A DNA stretch of 64,000 bases from Vitrella brassicaformis CCMP3155 (Eukaryota > Protista > Chromerida): the NCBI GenBank assembly GCA_001179505.1, contig CDMY01000280.1, positions 1 to 64,000 of the forward strand, given 5' to 3'. The notes beneath the pieces are model-generated. The model was not told the DNA's origin. It did not search any database and worked only from the letters and a program-made list of their open reading frames with translations. Below, piece after piece: positions 36,842 through 48,990 of the stretch (positions are counted from its first letter, which is position 1; each line of letters starts with the position of its first letter). A program made the position numbers and the translations under genes.

Positions 36842-37181
36842 ATGGAGTTCGCCTCTTTCGTGGGCATGTGTTTCGTGGTCTACTGCTTCTTCGGCCTCAT
36901 CGAGTACGGCGTTAACTTCTACAACGAAACCGTCCGGCGCAACCCGCACCTTTCCCACCTCTCACGGACCCACTGGATTCGCTATGTTGATTGAAGCAGC
37001 CAGCATGGTGGCCGTCCTGCCCTTCGCCGTGCCCAGCTTTGTGTGGGCCGTTGGGCAATGCTGGACATTCCTCGTCTGCCTTTCCATCTATCTGAGCATC
37101 ACCAGCGTCGCCACCGTCGCTGTCCACCCTGGCTTCGACTTCTCGAGACGGGATGTCAACATCGCGTGGTTTCCATTCTGA
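36842..37181 (+). CDS. Small hydrophobic membrane protein, probably 2 exons
   Basis: MEFASFVGMCFVVYCFFGLI plus LPFAVPSFVWAVGQCWTFLVCLSIYLSI...RDVNIAWFPF-stop, joinable by a GTACGG...CCAG intron. Confidence 0.45.
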
Positions 37182-38079
37182 CTCAGGTCTTAGAAGACAA
37201 ACAATGTGACCACTCGTCGAGCAGTGTTCGAGGCTCGTGTATGTATCGCTGTGTTTGTCTGCTTGACAGTGTGTCTCTCTGTGTTGTTGCTCAGAACCCA
37301 CTCGCGCGGCCCTGTAATTATCTTCGCCCGTCAACCAACCGGCAGCCCACCACTCTGATGCATTCGAAGATGACATTTTTCCAAGAAGCAGCAGCAGCGT
37401 GGTGACGGCGCGTCGGGAGCGTCATCTGATCTGCAAGTGCTTGTTCTGTCGCTGGCAACGCCCAATGATGGCTATCCTGGTGGGAATTGTAAAGAGCTGA
37501 CTTCTTCGTCTGTGGCCATCTTCTGCTGCTGGGGTGGGTGGCGGGGGCCCTATGAGTAGTCGTTTTGATTTCATCGGTGGAGGGATTGGAAAAGGGCGAT
37601 CTGGCTGAACAAGAAGCCCTGCCGGTCCCAGGAAGAACACACCAGCACACGCACAAGTTGGGCTCCCCCTTGACCCCGGAACCACGTATTATGCCGGCGG
37701 CTACACACTGAGCCCGACCTTTTGGGACAAGTCTATCGCGCGCGCAAACAGCGAGACACAGCTATGTCCAAGACCCACCAAAGCACTTCAGGAGGGCTGG
37801 CCATCACGCGGCTACTTCCAAGAGAGAGAGATAAGGGCAGATGAGGGAATAGGCGGCAAATCAGGACACTCGGGTGATGACGAACAGAGACATGCGAATA
37901 CGGGTTGATTGTCCTGTCTATGTCCTTTCAGGTTCCTCCCACCTTCGTTGCATCGCCGGCGCCTCCTGCGGCTTCGTCACCCGATGTCAATCTGAACATG
38001 TTCGGCCTCATTTTGTAAGTGGCGCGCCACCAGCTTTCAGTACCATCCCGACCTTCGTACGGCCCGGCCGCCAGAGAGC

Positions 38080-39530
38080 GGGCCAAAATGGCGCTGCTTT
38101 GTCTTCGAGTTGGTCGCAAGCCAAGGATGCTGAGAAACGCAGCGAGCCCCCCCCCNNNNNNNNNNNNNNNNNNNNNNNNNNNNNNNNNNNNNNNNNNNNN
38201 NNNNNNNNNNNNNNNNNNNNNNNNNNNNNNNNNNNNNNNNNNNNNNNNNNNNNNNNNNNNNNNNNNNNNNNNNNNNNNNNNNNNNNNNNNNNNNNNNNNN
38301 NNNNNNNNNNNNNNNNNNNNNNNNNNNNNNNNNNNNNNNNNNNNNNNNNNNNNNNNNNNNNNNNNNNNNNNNNNNNNNNNNNNNNNNNNNNNNNNNNNNN
38401 NNNNNNNNNNNNNNNNNNNNNNNNNNNNNNNNNNNNNNNNNNNNNNNNNNNNNNNCCCCCCCCCTTGGCCCCCTGCAACAGAGTGTCTCCCCTTCCCGCC
38501 ACCCTTTTGATTTCCCTCTTACTCTCTCTCTGCTCGTGCCAGTCGATAAGCACGCCCTCAGCCCGTGGAAAAGGGAAGCGGCCGGCCCAATCCCCATCTC
38601 TCTTGTGACGAAAAGCTGTCGACAGCGGTGCTATGACGATGCAGCGGCCCACGGCTAGGGCGGACAGTGACTACACCAACACCAACACGCCCGAGAAAAG
38701 CAGCGGCATGCCGCCGACACACAACAGCACACATGAGAAGAGTGTCTCGGCGGGCCCCCGACAGGACCGCCACCCCAGGACACCCGAACAGCCCAGATCG
38801 CTGACAGTGTGGTTCCGACACATGTGGCCCCTGTTGCTGCTGCCCTTCTGACGACACGGCCGTTACGTCGAATTGTTTCATCCCGTCCACAGCGCTGGAG
38901 ATCTGAGCATCACAAGGCAATCCCCTCGGTCTCACATATCGTGGCCACCGGGAGTTGACGCATAGAAGGCCCAGCTGTCTCTATCTAAGATGGCGGTGCT
39001 TTGCCTTCTTCTCCTGGCTCGCAAGCGGAGGACGTTGTAAAAAAGCAGCGAGGCCAGCGTCCCCCTTTCAGCCATTCCCCTGCAGCAAAGTGTCTCCCCT
39101 TGCCGCTACCTTTTTTCCCTCTCATTCGCTCGCCGTTCGTGACAGCCGATAGGGACCGAAACACAACTTCAGCCTCCGCAAGTAGGGAGACGGCCGGCCG
39201 AATCTCCATCTTTTTGTAAGGAGAGAAGCTAAGGAGAGAAGCTACAGCGGTTATGACGGTGAAGGGGCACACGGCCAGGGCGGACAGTGGCTACACGACC
39301 ACCAACACGTCAGACTAGGGAAGGGCCATGCTGCCGACTCAACCTCCCACACGTGGTCGACGGCCCCACCGCTCTCAGGACACCCGAGCGGTCCCCATCT
39401 TGCTGACAGTGCTGTTCTGGCACACGTGGCCCATGATGCTGCTGACCTTGACGAGCCGGCTGCTATGTCAAATTATTTCATCCCGTCAGCACACCCACCT
39501 GACCATCACAAGGCAATCCCCACGATACCG
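38080..39530. repeat. Diverged tandem duplication of a ~600-bp unit (A ~38080-38940 including gap, B ~38980-39530)
   Basis: Shared anchors atggcg.tgctttg.ctt (38088/38989), agtgtctcccctt, agggcggacagtg.ctacac, caggacacccga, tttcatcccgtc, catcacaaggcaatcccc. Confidence 0.8.
38156..38455. other. Assembly gap (300 N) flanked by poly-C
   Basis: N run between C homopolymers. Confidence 0.95.
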
Positions 39531-39789
39531 CACTTCGACCGAACGACCACCATACGTGTTAACAAAAGACAATGGCAGGCAGGCCTTCATCCATCCCGTG
39601 TGTGTGGTGCTTTGCCCGTGCGTGTCTGCTGCAGGTAAGAACCACTCTTGCCCCTCCCTGCTCTCCTACCATTACATAAGCTACAGGCGACTTCGGTCGT
39701 AACTTCCTGGAGATAAGAACACCGTCAAGTGGCCGCCCGCTCTATAACAACACCCTCATGTGTCTGCGCACTCTAAGTTAAGAAGGCTT

Positions 39790-41523
39790 ATGGTAAACGG
39801 CCCCACTCGCTTGCCCGATGGCGGGAAACCGCAAAGCCAGGTAGCGACGACCGTCTGTGGCTGTGTGTCAGGCCCTCTGCGCGTCGCTGGTGTGGCTTGC
39901 CTGAGATCTCTACGGCCATCAGGTGTGCCGTCACACGCACACACATCCATGCACACAGCACCGTTCCTCTCTCCTTGTCTGTCTGTCTGTCTGTCTGTTT
40001 GTGTGTGTGTGGGTGGGTGGGTGGGTGGGTGGGTGGCTGGTCAGTCACCCGATCGATCTCTGCAGACTCGCAGCGCCAAGTCACAGACCTGATCCGGACG
40101 CGGCTGTCAGTCTGCCTGGCTCGTTCGGTGTCTGCGTGTCTGCGGCGGCCCAGGAGGAAGGGCCGCTCGCACTGGCTGTATCAGAGGGGGCGTTGGCTCC
40201 ATGGGGCTGGGGTGTTCGTGCCTGGGGAGCCTCTGATTTTCTGAGGGTGCCCCCCTGGGGATGGCCGTGTGGAGATAGTGTGTTGATTGGCCTGGATGTA
40301 TGCGCCGTGCTGGTTGGCTGTCTGTCTGTCAGTCTGCATGTCTGTCTGTCCATTGCACTCACGTGTGGGGTGGTCGGTGGTGCTGGTGTCGCTCGACATT
40401 CCCTTCTACAAGGACGTCCAGTTCCTCGTCCGCAAACACTGCACCGGGTCGCCGCTCACCCTCATCTCGGTGTACGCTCATTGACTGACACCGCCACAGA
40501 CGCACCGGATGGTACACATATGGATGTGGTTTTTGTGTGTGTGTTTGTGTGTGTGTGTGCAGGTCTAATCTGCTGCATCTGTTGTCCCATCCCTTGTGGC
40601 TGTTTGTCCGGATCGCATACAAATCCATCTTCTGGACAGCCATCCTGGTCGGTGGGGATGAGCCATTCATCCATCCACACAGACAGACACACGCACAGAC
40701 GGACTGCTGGCAGGCCTGTGTTGACGCGTGTGTGTGTGTGCAGTTCTTTGTGCTATACATGTATCTTTTGTACCAGAACTTCACCAAAGGAGGTACGCAT
40801 ACACCAAAGGGAGGGCCACAACTGCACGTATTATATCTGCCCGCTTGTGTCAGGCGGCCCGCCGTATTTGCCGTCGGTCGGCCAAGTCAGGATGTTCTTT
40901 GTGCAGATTGTACGCACACACACACATGTACATAAACACGTCCACACACATGGGTGTGTGTGCCTCCATCCATTTATCCATCGACAGGCTGATTGGGTGT
41001 ACAATGCCAACAACAGATATCGGCCTGTAGGAGAGGGCAACACGGGTACCCTCTCACCCAGCAAACACCCGTGCAACCGCACGGATGCATGTGTGTGTGT
41101 ATGGTGATTGTGTCAGGCCTTCCGTCCCTCTCGCGACACACGCACAAGAGAAACGGTACGCACACACGTACATTCAACATTGGATGTGTGGATGTCTGCT
41201 GTCCTCATTGCTGCAGACAGGGGCGCCTCAATGAGCAACTTCAGCTTCCCAGACCCTGGTCGGCCGACCGGCGCCCACCATGCCAATGCCACGACGCGTG
41301 TCTGTTATGATGGCTTTGTGTCCATCTGTCGTGCAGACGAGGACGAGATGACGGGCACATCCTACCAGGTCGTCACCTCATCACACGTACGTGGGCAGAC
41401 ACGACAAGCAACATTCCGTTGCCGTGCAGACTTCCATGTGTCTCGGTCGCTTGTGTGTGTGTATATCAGGCTCCTCAGCCAGAGCCGAGACGCGTAGAGG
41501 GGCTCATCTATGGGTCGGTGTGA
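39790..41523 (+). CDS. Multi-exon hypothetical membrane protein; start uncertain
   Basis: Spliceable exons WSVVLVSLDIPFYKDVQFLVRKHCTGSPLTLIS, SNLLHLLSHPLWLFVRIAYKSIFWTAILV, FFVLYMYLLYQNFTKG, GGPPYLPSVGQVRMFFVQI, ADWVYNANNRYRP, ...APQPEPRRVEGLIYGSV-stop. Confidence 0.55.
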
Positions 41524-41918
41524 CGAAAGTGTAGATGGATGGATGTACAGCCAGCAGCTGCCTCACGTGTACCTCCCGGTGTTCCACACACAGGGAGGCG
41601 TTTCTGCGTATGTGTGTACCTGTGCTAGTACCTGTGTTTATGGTCGTCTCTGATTGACATACTTGTGCCGTCCGTCCGTGTCTGTCTGCACTGACGAGAC
41701 CACACACACTGCCTGTGAATACATCATTGCCGTTGATTGAATCCCTTGAGAGAGCGGTTTCGCGGAAGTCTGAAATCCTTGGCTTCGCGAGCTCCTCCCT
41801 AAGCTCGCCCTCCCTAAGCTCGCCGGCTTCCTCGTAAGCTGTGAGCTCCCACCGTCGGGGTTCCCCAGAAGGCATCCAGGGAAGGCATTAGCCGGCTGTA
41901 GAGAAGAGAATCACCGTC

Positions 41919-43923
41919 ATGATGGCCGGCGGACAGCCTTCCACCTCACAGGCTTCATCCAGCCAAGGTCCCAGAAGGGTCTCATGGCAAATGTTCCTCG
42001 CAGAGAACATCATGCTCATCCTCCTGGGCTCCTTCGCGGCTCGTAAGCAACAGCAGGCCTCTAAAATCTCGCACCATATGATGTGTGCCTCTCTCTCTGC
42101 CCCCATTGCATATGTGCAGTGACCGACTGGTTCTCCTTCTGGGAGATGATTATCGACGAGCCGTCCCAGTACACAATCCCCCTCCTGTGCAAGCGGCTCC
42201 TTCTCGCCTCTGCCTCTGTCTCTACGGCTCTGCTCGTCCTCAAATGGTGCCTGGAGTACGCCCAAATGAATGCCACACTGGTACGCAGGAGAAGCCTTTG
42301 TGTGAGCAGTTTGCTGGCGACTTTGGTGCCTTGCGGCCGCTCAGGTGCAGCGCAAAAAGCCACCCTTGGGCGACATGGAGTTAGGCGAATACTCCCATCT
42401 CATCGACTCGGGCGTGGACTCGCAGGCAGCGACCCCGCGAGGGCCGTCTCCCACGGCACCCATCATCGCTTGCTTCTACCGGCCCGACCCTCCTCGGTGG
42501 CTCGTCAGGATGATCACGGTGCTGAGCGGCATCTCCGTCCTCAACGACAGCATCGACTTCATCAACATCGTGATCATTCTTTGCGCCATCGGCAACCCCC
42601 GAAGCCATGCGATGGGGATACTCATCAGCAATCTCTCCTTGAATCTGCTGAACGCTATCGCCTCAGCCTACAAGGCAATGGGATTCGAAGCCTCCCGAGA
42701 GCGCATGAAACAAATGGCGGAAATAATAGCGCGAAGACCCCAGAGAGGCGATTGGATCCCGGCAGGGTGTTGGCTCACTGTGTTTTGCGCCTTGGGGGTG
42801 ATCGGCTCTCTTTGTGCATACTGGGGGTGGAGCTGGATTGGGGATTACCTATGGTGGCCTTCCATCCTGCTGATTCTGATTTTTGTTATGGAGCCATTTC
42901 TTCGTAGCATCCTCCGATCCTGCAAGGCTAGCTTGCCCCGCTTCGCCACCCCGACAGAGCGCTTGCGAGAAGAGCTTCTTCTCTTCGACTACAGCCGATT
43001 GGGTCTTTTGCATGTGCTGATCGCGGAGCTTGTCTGTACAACCAGCACGTGGATTACCTTCTTCACAATTGCGGTGTTCAACGAGAGAGTTCCGACATGG
43101 CTTTGGCGCCTCTACTTTCTCATCCCCGCCACAGAAACCCTCATCCTTTACCCTTCTCTAATCGCAACACTCGAGCAGAAAATTGACGCCAGAGCCCATC
43201 GCCATTCGACCAAAGAACGTCTTTTTCAAACACTCCACGAAGCCCTTCTCTCCCTTATATGCAATGTCCTCTTCCTCTGTTATCCCACTTACCAGCTGCA
43301 GCTGCTCCTCATTGCCAACATCATTCTGACGGTGGCAGTCGTCAGTTGTGAGCGTACTAGAAGAGACATAGGCCTCCGACACGCCGGGCTCGTCTACTGG
43401 ATCGATCAAGCCCGACACGGAGACGCTGCGGTAATGGCTGTAAAGATGCTTCTCGACGGTGGCGCAGATCCAAATATGGCAAATGGAGAGCCACTCCATC
43501 ACGCAGTGATGGCCGAGACAGAGACCGACATCCCCTTGGTGCGGGATGCTGAAGATGCAGCTTCTACTTGAATATTCAACACTGTGGAGCTGCTGTTGGA
43601 AGCCGGAGCAGACCCCAATCTTGGCAGACGGCAGCTGTTTGGCGGCCTAGTCGTGGCGCCTTTGGACGAAGTGGTGAGTGGGGGGATAAGCATAAAGAGA
43701 TGAATGCCATATAGATTCACACACGGCCTGACTGAGTGCCATGTGTGTGCAGGTAATACAGTCGGAGCTGAAGGACGTCGCCGCCCTCCTCAAAGCCAAT
43801 GGGGCTCAGCATTCGGACCACTACTATAAATACGGCGGGCACATCAATCAGGCACGCTACGCTGCCCTTTTGATCCGATTCAAGGCACTGATTCGCAAGA
43901 AGAATGTTTGGCGACGAGAATCC
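41919..43923 (+). pseudogene. Multi-TM + ankyrin-repeat unit 1, with an in-frame TGA inside the ankyrin region
   Basis: ATG 41919; hydrophobic segments; LLDGGADPN; TGA at 43569-43571 followed by in-frame IFNTVELLLEAGADPNL, where the paralogues have Arg. Confidence 0.7.
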
Positions 43924-43994
43924 GTACAAGAAGACTTAGATGATTGAAATGTAGATCACTCAAGTGGGTATGATGCCTATGTTTTTTTTTGCAG

Positions 43995-46153
43995 TGGAAG
44001 GAAGAACCAGAGCGACGCGAGGAAATCGAAAAAGAGCTAGGGGATGAAGAGAAAGCACTCGAAGCCGACTTGAAGACCCTCGCTGAGGCAGTGCGTGCAG
44101 AAACAGCCGATGGACGTGTCTTCGCATCGTCAATTTCATCCAGCCAAGGGCCCAGACGACTATCTCTGCAGGTCTTCCTGCAAGAGAACGTCATGCTCAT
44201 CCTCCTGGGGGCCTTCGCGGCACGTAAGCAACAGCAGACCTCTTACTATCTCTCACGCCATCATGAGGTTTCTCTCTTCCCCATTGCACATCTGCAGTGA
44301 CCGACTGGTTCTCCTTCTGGGAGATGATTATCGACGAGCCGTCCCAATACACCATTCCCCTCCTGTGCAAGCGGCTCCTTCTCGCATCTGCCTCTGTCTC
44401 TACGGCTCTGCTCGTCCTCAAATGGTGCCTGGAGTACGTCCAAATGAATGCCACACTGGTACGTAGGGGAGACGTCTTCGTGTAAGCAATTTGCTGACGT
44501 CTTTGGTGCCTTGCGGTCGCTCAGGTGCAGCGCAAAAAGGGAACCTCGGCCGACATCGAATTAGGCGAATACTCCCGTCTCATCGACCCGGCCGTGGACT
44601 CTCAGGCAGCGACCCCGCGAGGGCCGTCTCCCCCGGCACCCACCATCGCTCGCTTCCACCGGCCCGACCCTCCTCGGTGGCTCGTCAGGGTGATCACGGT
44701 GCTGAGCGGCATCTCTGTCCTCAACGACAGCATCGACTTCACCAACGTCGTTATCATTCTTTGCGCCATCGGCAACCCTCGAAGCCATGCGACTGGAATA
44801 CTCATCAGCAATCTCTCCTTGAATCTGCTGAATGCTATCGCCTCAGCCTACAAGGGAATGGGCTTTGAAGCCTCGCGAGAGCGCATGCACCAGCTGGCGC
44901 GAATGGTATCCGGAGGCCCGAGAGAGAACAAGGGGCTGTTCGATTGCTGTTCGATTTTCTTCGATTTCTGCCTCATATGGGGGACTTAATTTGCCTCTGT
45001 GGGGTGATCGGCGTGCTTTGCGCTCGATCTGAGGTAATCAGGGCCCTTCTTGCTGATTCGTGCCACGGTTGGATAAGTTAGACTGGGCCTTTTTTTTGGT
45101 GGCTTGCCTTGGCTACGATGCTGATGATGCTAATGGCGGAACTCTTTGTTGGCATCGTGACGCATTGCTTGATCCCAAAGGAGCTTCTTTCAGATATTCT
45201 TCTCTCCGACTACAGCCGATTGGGGCTTTTGCATGTGCTGATCGCGGAGCTTGTCTACCCAATCAGCACCTGGATTGCCTTCTTTACCACTGCTGTCTTC
45301 AGCGAGAGAGTCCCAACATGGCTTTGGCACCTCTACTTTCTCTGCCCCGCTACAGAAAGCCTCATCCTTTATCCTTCTCTAATCGCAAAACTCGAGGAGA
45401 AAATTGACGCCAGAACTCATCGCCGTTCGACCAAAGGACGTCTCTACACCAGTGAAAGCTTTTTTTTGGCCTGATATGCAATGGCCTCTTCCTCTGCTAT
45501 CCCACTTACCAGCTGCAGCTGCTCCCCATTGCCAACATCATTTTGACGGTGGCAGTTGTCGGTTGTCAGGTTATCCGAAGACACATAGGCCTCCAACACG
45601 CCGAGCTCATCGACAGCATCGATCGAGTTCGAAAGGGAGACGCTCCGTTAATGGCCGCATTGGTGGCCATGAAAAAGCTTCTTGACAGTGGAGCAGATCC
45701 CAACATGGCGGATGGAGAGCCGCTCTATCGCGCAGTGATGGCCGAGACAGCGAGCAGCGGCGACATGCTCTTGGTGTGGGATGCTGAAGCACGCGATAGG
45801 ATTTTCAACACTGTGGAGCTGCTGTTGGAAGCCGGAGCAGACCCCAATCTTGGCACACGTCAGCTGGCCGGCGGCCTGATCGTGGCGCCGTTAGACGAAG
45901 TGGTGAGCGGGGGGATAAAGAGAAAGAGATGGATGCCATCGGGATTCCCATACACACGGCCTGACTGAGTGCCATGTTTGTGCAGGTGATACTGCCGGAG
46001 CTGAAGGATGTCGCCGTCCTCCTCAAAGCCAATGGGGCTCAGCATTCGGACGACTACTATAACTACGGCGGTCACACCAATCATGCACGCTACGCCGCCC
46101 TTTTCACCCGATGCAAAGCACAGATTCGCGACATGAACGCTTGGGTAAAAGAT
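43995..46153 (+). pseudogene. Multi-TM + ankyrin-repeat unit 2, with stop and frameshift
   Basis: Homologous to units 1 and 3; TAA at 44987-44989 and a frameshift at the T-run 45460-45467 (TGA 45472-45474) relative to unit 3. Confidence 0.7.
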
Positions 46154-46212
46154 GTGAGCTATTGAAGTCACAATATGATAAATATTGCTCTGATGCCTAC
46201 ATTTTTCTGCAG

Positions 46213-48520
46213 AGAACAGAGGCATCCGCAACGAGTGCAGAAAGTCGTCGCCGCGAGGAAATCAAGAAAGAGCTAGAGCGTCGAGACAAAGCTTTGGAAG
46301 CCGACTTGAAGACCCTCACTCGCGCAGTGCGCGCAGAAGCAGCTGATGGACAAGTTTTCGTATCGCCGGTTTTATCCAGCCAACAAGGTCCCAGACGACT
46401 ATCATTGCAAATGTTCCTCCAAGACAACGTCATGCTCATCCTCCTGGGGGCCTTCGCGGCACGTAAGCAACAGCAGGCCTCTAAAATCTCGCACCATATG
46501 ATGCGTATCTCTCTCTCTGCCCCCATTGTGTATGTGCAGTGACCGACTGGTTCTCCTTCTGGGAGATGATCATCGACGAGCCGTCCCAATACACCGTTCC
46601 CCTCCTGTGCAAGCGGCTCCTTCTCGCATCTGCCTCTGTCTCTACGGCTCTGCTCGTCCTCAAATGGTGCCTGGAATACGTCCAAATGAATGCCACACTG
46701 GTACGCAGTGGATACGTCTTCAGGTGAGCAGTTTGCTGACGACTTGTGCCCTGCGGTTGCTCAGGTGCAGCGCAAAAAGGGAACCTCGGCCGACATCGAG
46801 TTGGGCGAATACTCCCATCTCATCGACTCGGGCGTGGACTCTCAGGCAGCGACCCCGCGAGGACCGTCTCCCACGGTACCCATCATCGCTCACTTCCACC
46901 GGCCCGACCCTCCTCGATGGCTCAACGGGATGATCGCGGTGTTGGGCGGCACCTCTGTCCTCAATGACAGCATCGACTTCATCAACATCGTGATGATTCT
47001 TTGCGCCATCAGCGACCCTCGAAGCCATGCGACTGGAATACTCATCAGCAATCTCTCCTTGAATCTGCTGAATGCTATCGCCTCACCGTTCAAACCAATG
47101 GACTTCGAAGCCTCGGAAGCGGGCAAGCGACAGCTAGCCATGCACAGACCAAAGGATCTGGGAGCTGCCGCTGGGCTCTTTGCGGTCATTGGGCCCCTTG
47201 CGGTCTTGGGGGTGATCGGTGCTCTTTGTGCTTATTCGGGGTGGAGCTGGATTGGGGGTTTCTTGTGGTGGTTTTCCGTCCTGCCGATGCTTCCTTTTCT
47301 TGTTATGGTATTTCTTTTCGTTATCTTCGTTTCGTGCTTGGGTTGCTTGAAGTGCTGCTTAACGGCAGGACGGTGCCGCTTCCCATCAGCAGAGTGGAGG
47401 GAGTTTCTTCGGATATCTCTCCCCCCCGACTACAGCCGAAAGGGGCTTTTGCATGTGCTAATTGCAGAGCTTGTTTACACAACCAGCAGCTGGATCACCT
47501 TCTTTACGATTGCGGTCTTCAGCGAGAGGTTCCCGACATGGCTTTGGCGCCTTTACTTTCTCTGCCCCGCGACAGAGACCCTCATCCTTTGTCCAATGGC
47601 ATCCGTTCTCATGGAGCTTGAGCGGGCCAAACTTCATGCCAGAAGCCATCTTTGTTTGATAAGGATAAGTCTCTTCAACATACTTTGTGAAAAACTTGTC
47701 GGCCTGATATGCAATGTCCTGTTCCTCTGCTATCCCACTTACCAGCTGCAGCTGCTTTCCATTGCCAACATCATTCTGACGGTGGCAGTCGTCGGTTGTC
47801 AGCTGATTACAGAGATCACGGGACTCCAGCGCGGCGAGCTCATCGATCGCATCGATCAAATTCGAAAGGGAGACACCGGGTGGAAAAGCATGAGGCAGCG
47901 ATTTTACGATTTCTTCGGTGTCCGCGGCTATCAAGAAGGGACAGCTGATGCTCTGGTGGCTGTGAAGACGCTTCTCGACGGTGGCGCAGATCCAAACATG
48001 GCATTCGGCGAGCCGCTTTATCGCGCAGTGATGGCCGAGACAGCGACTGACGACAGCGACCGCCTCTTGGTGTGGGATGCTGACGCGCGCGATAGGATTT
48101 TCAGCACTGTGGAGCTGCTGTTGGAAGCCGGAGCAGACCCCAATCTTGGCACACGCCGGCTGGCCGGCGGCCTATATGTGGCGCCTTTAGACGAAGTGGT
48201 GAGCGGGGGAATGAGCAGAAGAGACGGATGCCATCGAGATTCACACAACTGGCCTGGCTGAGTGCGATCTTCTCGCAGGCAATACAGCCGGAGCTGAAGG
48301 ATGTCGTCGCTTTCCTCAAAGCCAATGGGGCTCGGCCTCACTACGGCCACTTGCCGAGCCCCCATTATTTTCGCTTCCAAGCACTCTTAATGCGATCCAA
48401 GGCATTGGATCGCAAGGAGAACGCTTGGCTTCGAGAATCCGTACGAGAAGACTTAGATGATTGAAGTCAACATGAAAAGAATATGGATCTGATGCCCGTG
48501 TGCGTGTGCAACAGGAATGA
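46213..48520 (+). CDS. Multi-TM + ankyrin-repeat unit 3 (intact reading frame)
   Basis: Long open exon ~46764-48200 with many hydrophobic helices, then LLDGGADPNMAFGEPLYRAV and VELLLEAGADPNL; further exon ELKDVVAFLKANGA; stop TGA 48518-48520; degenerate remnant continues to ~48750. Confidence 0.75.
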
Positions 48521-48990
48521 GAGCGACGCGAGGAAATCAGAAAAGAGCTACAGGATGGAGAGGCAGCTTTGTTCGCCGAGCACATTGCACTCCTTCGATG
48601 AAATTTCCAATCTCCTTCGCGTACGAGATTCAGATGATTAGATGATTGAAGTCGGTATCCTATAATATGGGTCTGATGTGCAGACTTGAAGACCCTGAGG
48701 CAGTGCCAGCAGAAGCAGCCGGCGGCGAGGTATCGATGGGCTAGTGACAAATAGTCCTCATAATTGTCCCCTTGTGCTGTTGTTGGTCAGGTCTCGTGAG
48801 TGCAATCGTCTGGATGGGAGCCTCTGTATACATGACGTGACAATGCAACACCATTCAGTCAGCTGAATGTGAGACTCGACGATGCATATCGAAGACTGCT
48901 TGCATCAATGTAAAGCAGTGTCTGTCTAAATGTCTCCACACGAGGGCACATGAACGCATCCCACCCGCTCATATCCACCCACCCAGTCGG

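Noticed and set aside
39923-41107. 394-aa ORF in the supplied track
   Set aside because: It reads through GT/CA microsatellite introns (VCVCV runs); the real exons use several frames
41504-41875. Minus-strand ORF MPSGEPRRWELT... with a 15-bp direct duplication (ctccctaagctcgcc x2)
   Set aside because: The first part looks coding, but no downstream exon chain or homology could be established in the space available
43569-43571. In-frame TGA as selenocysteine
   Set aside because: The aligned residue in the paralogues is Arg, not Cys, and no SECIS-like element was recognised; a nonsense mutation is simpler
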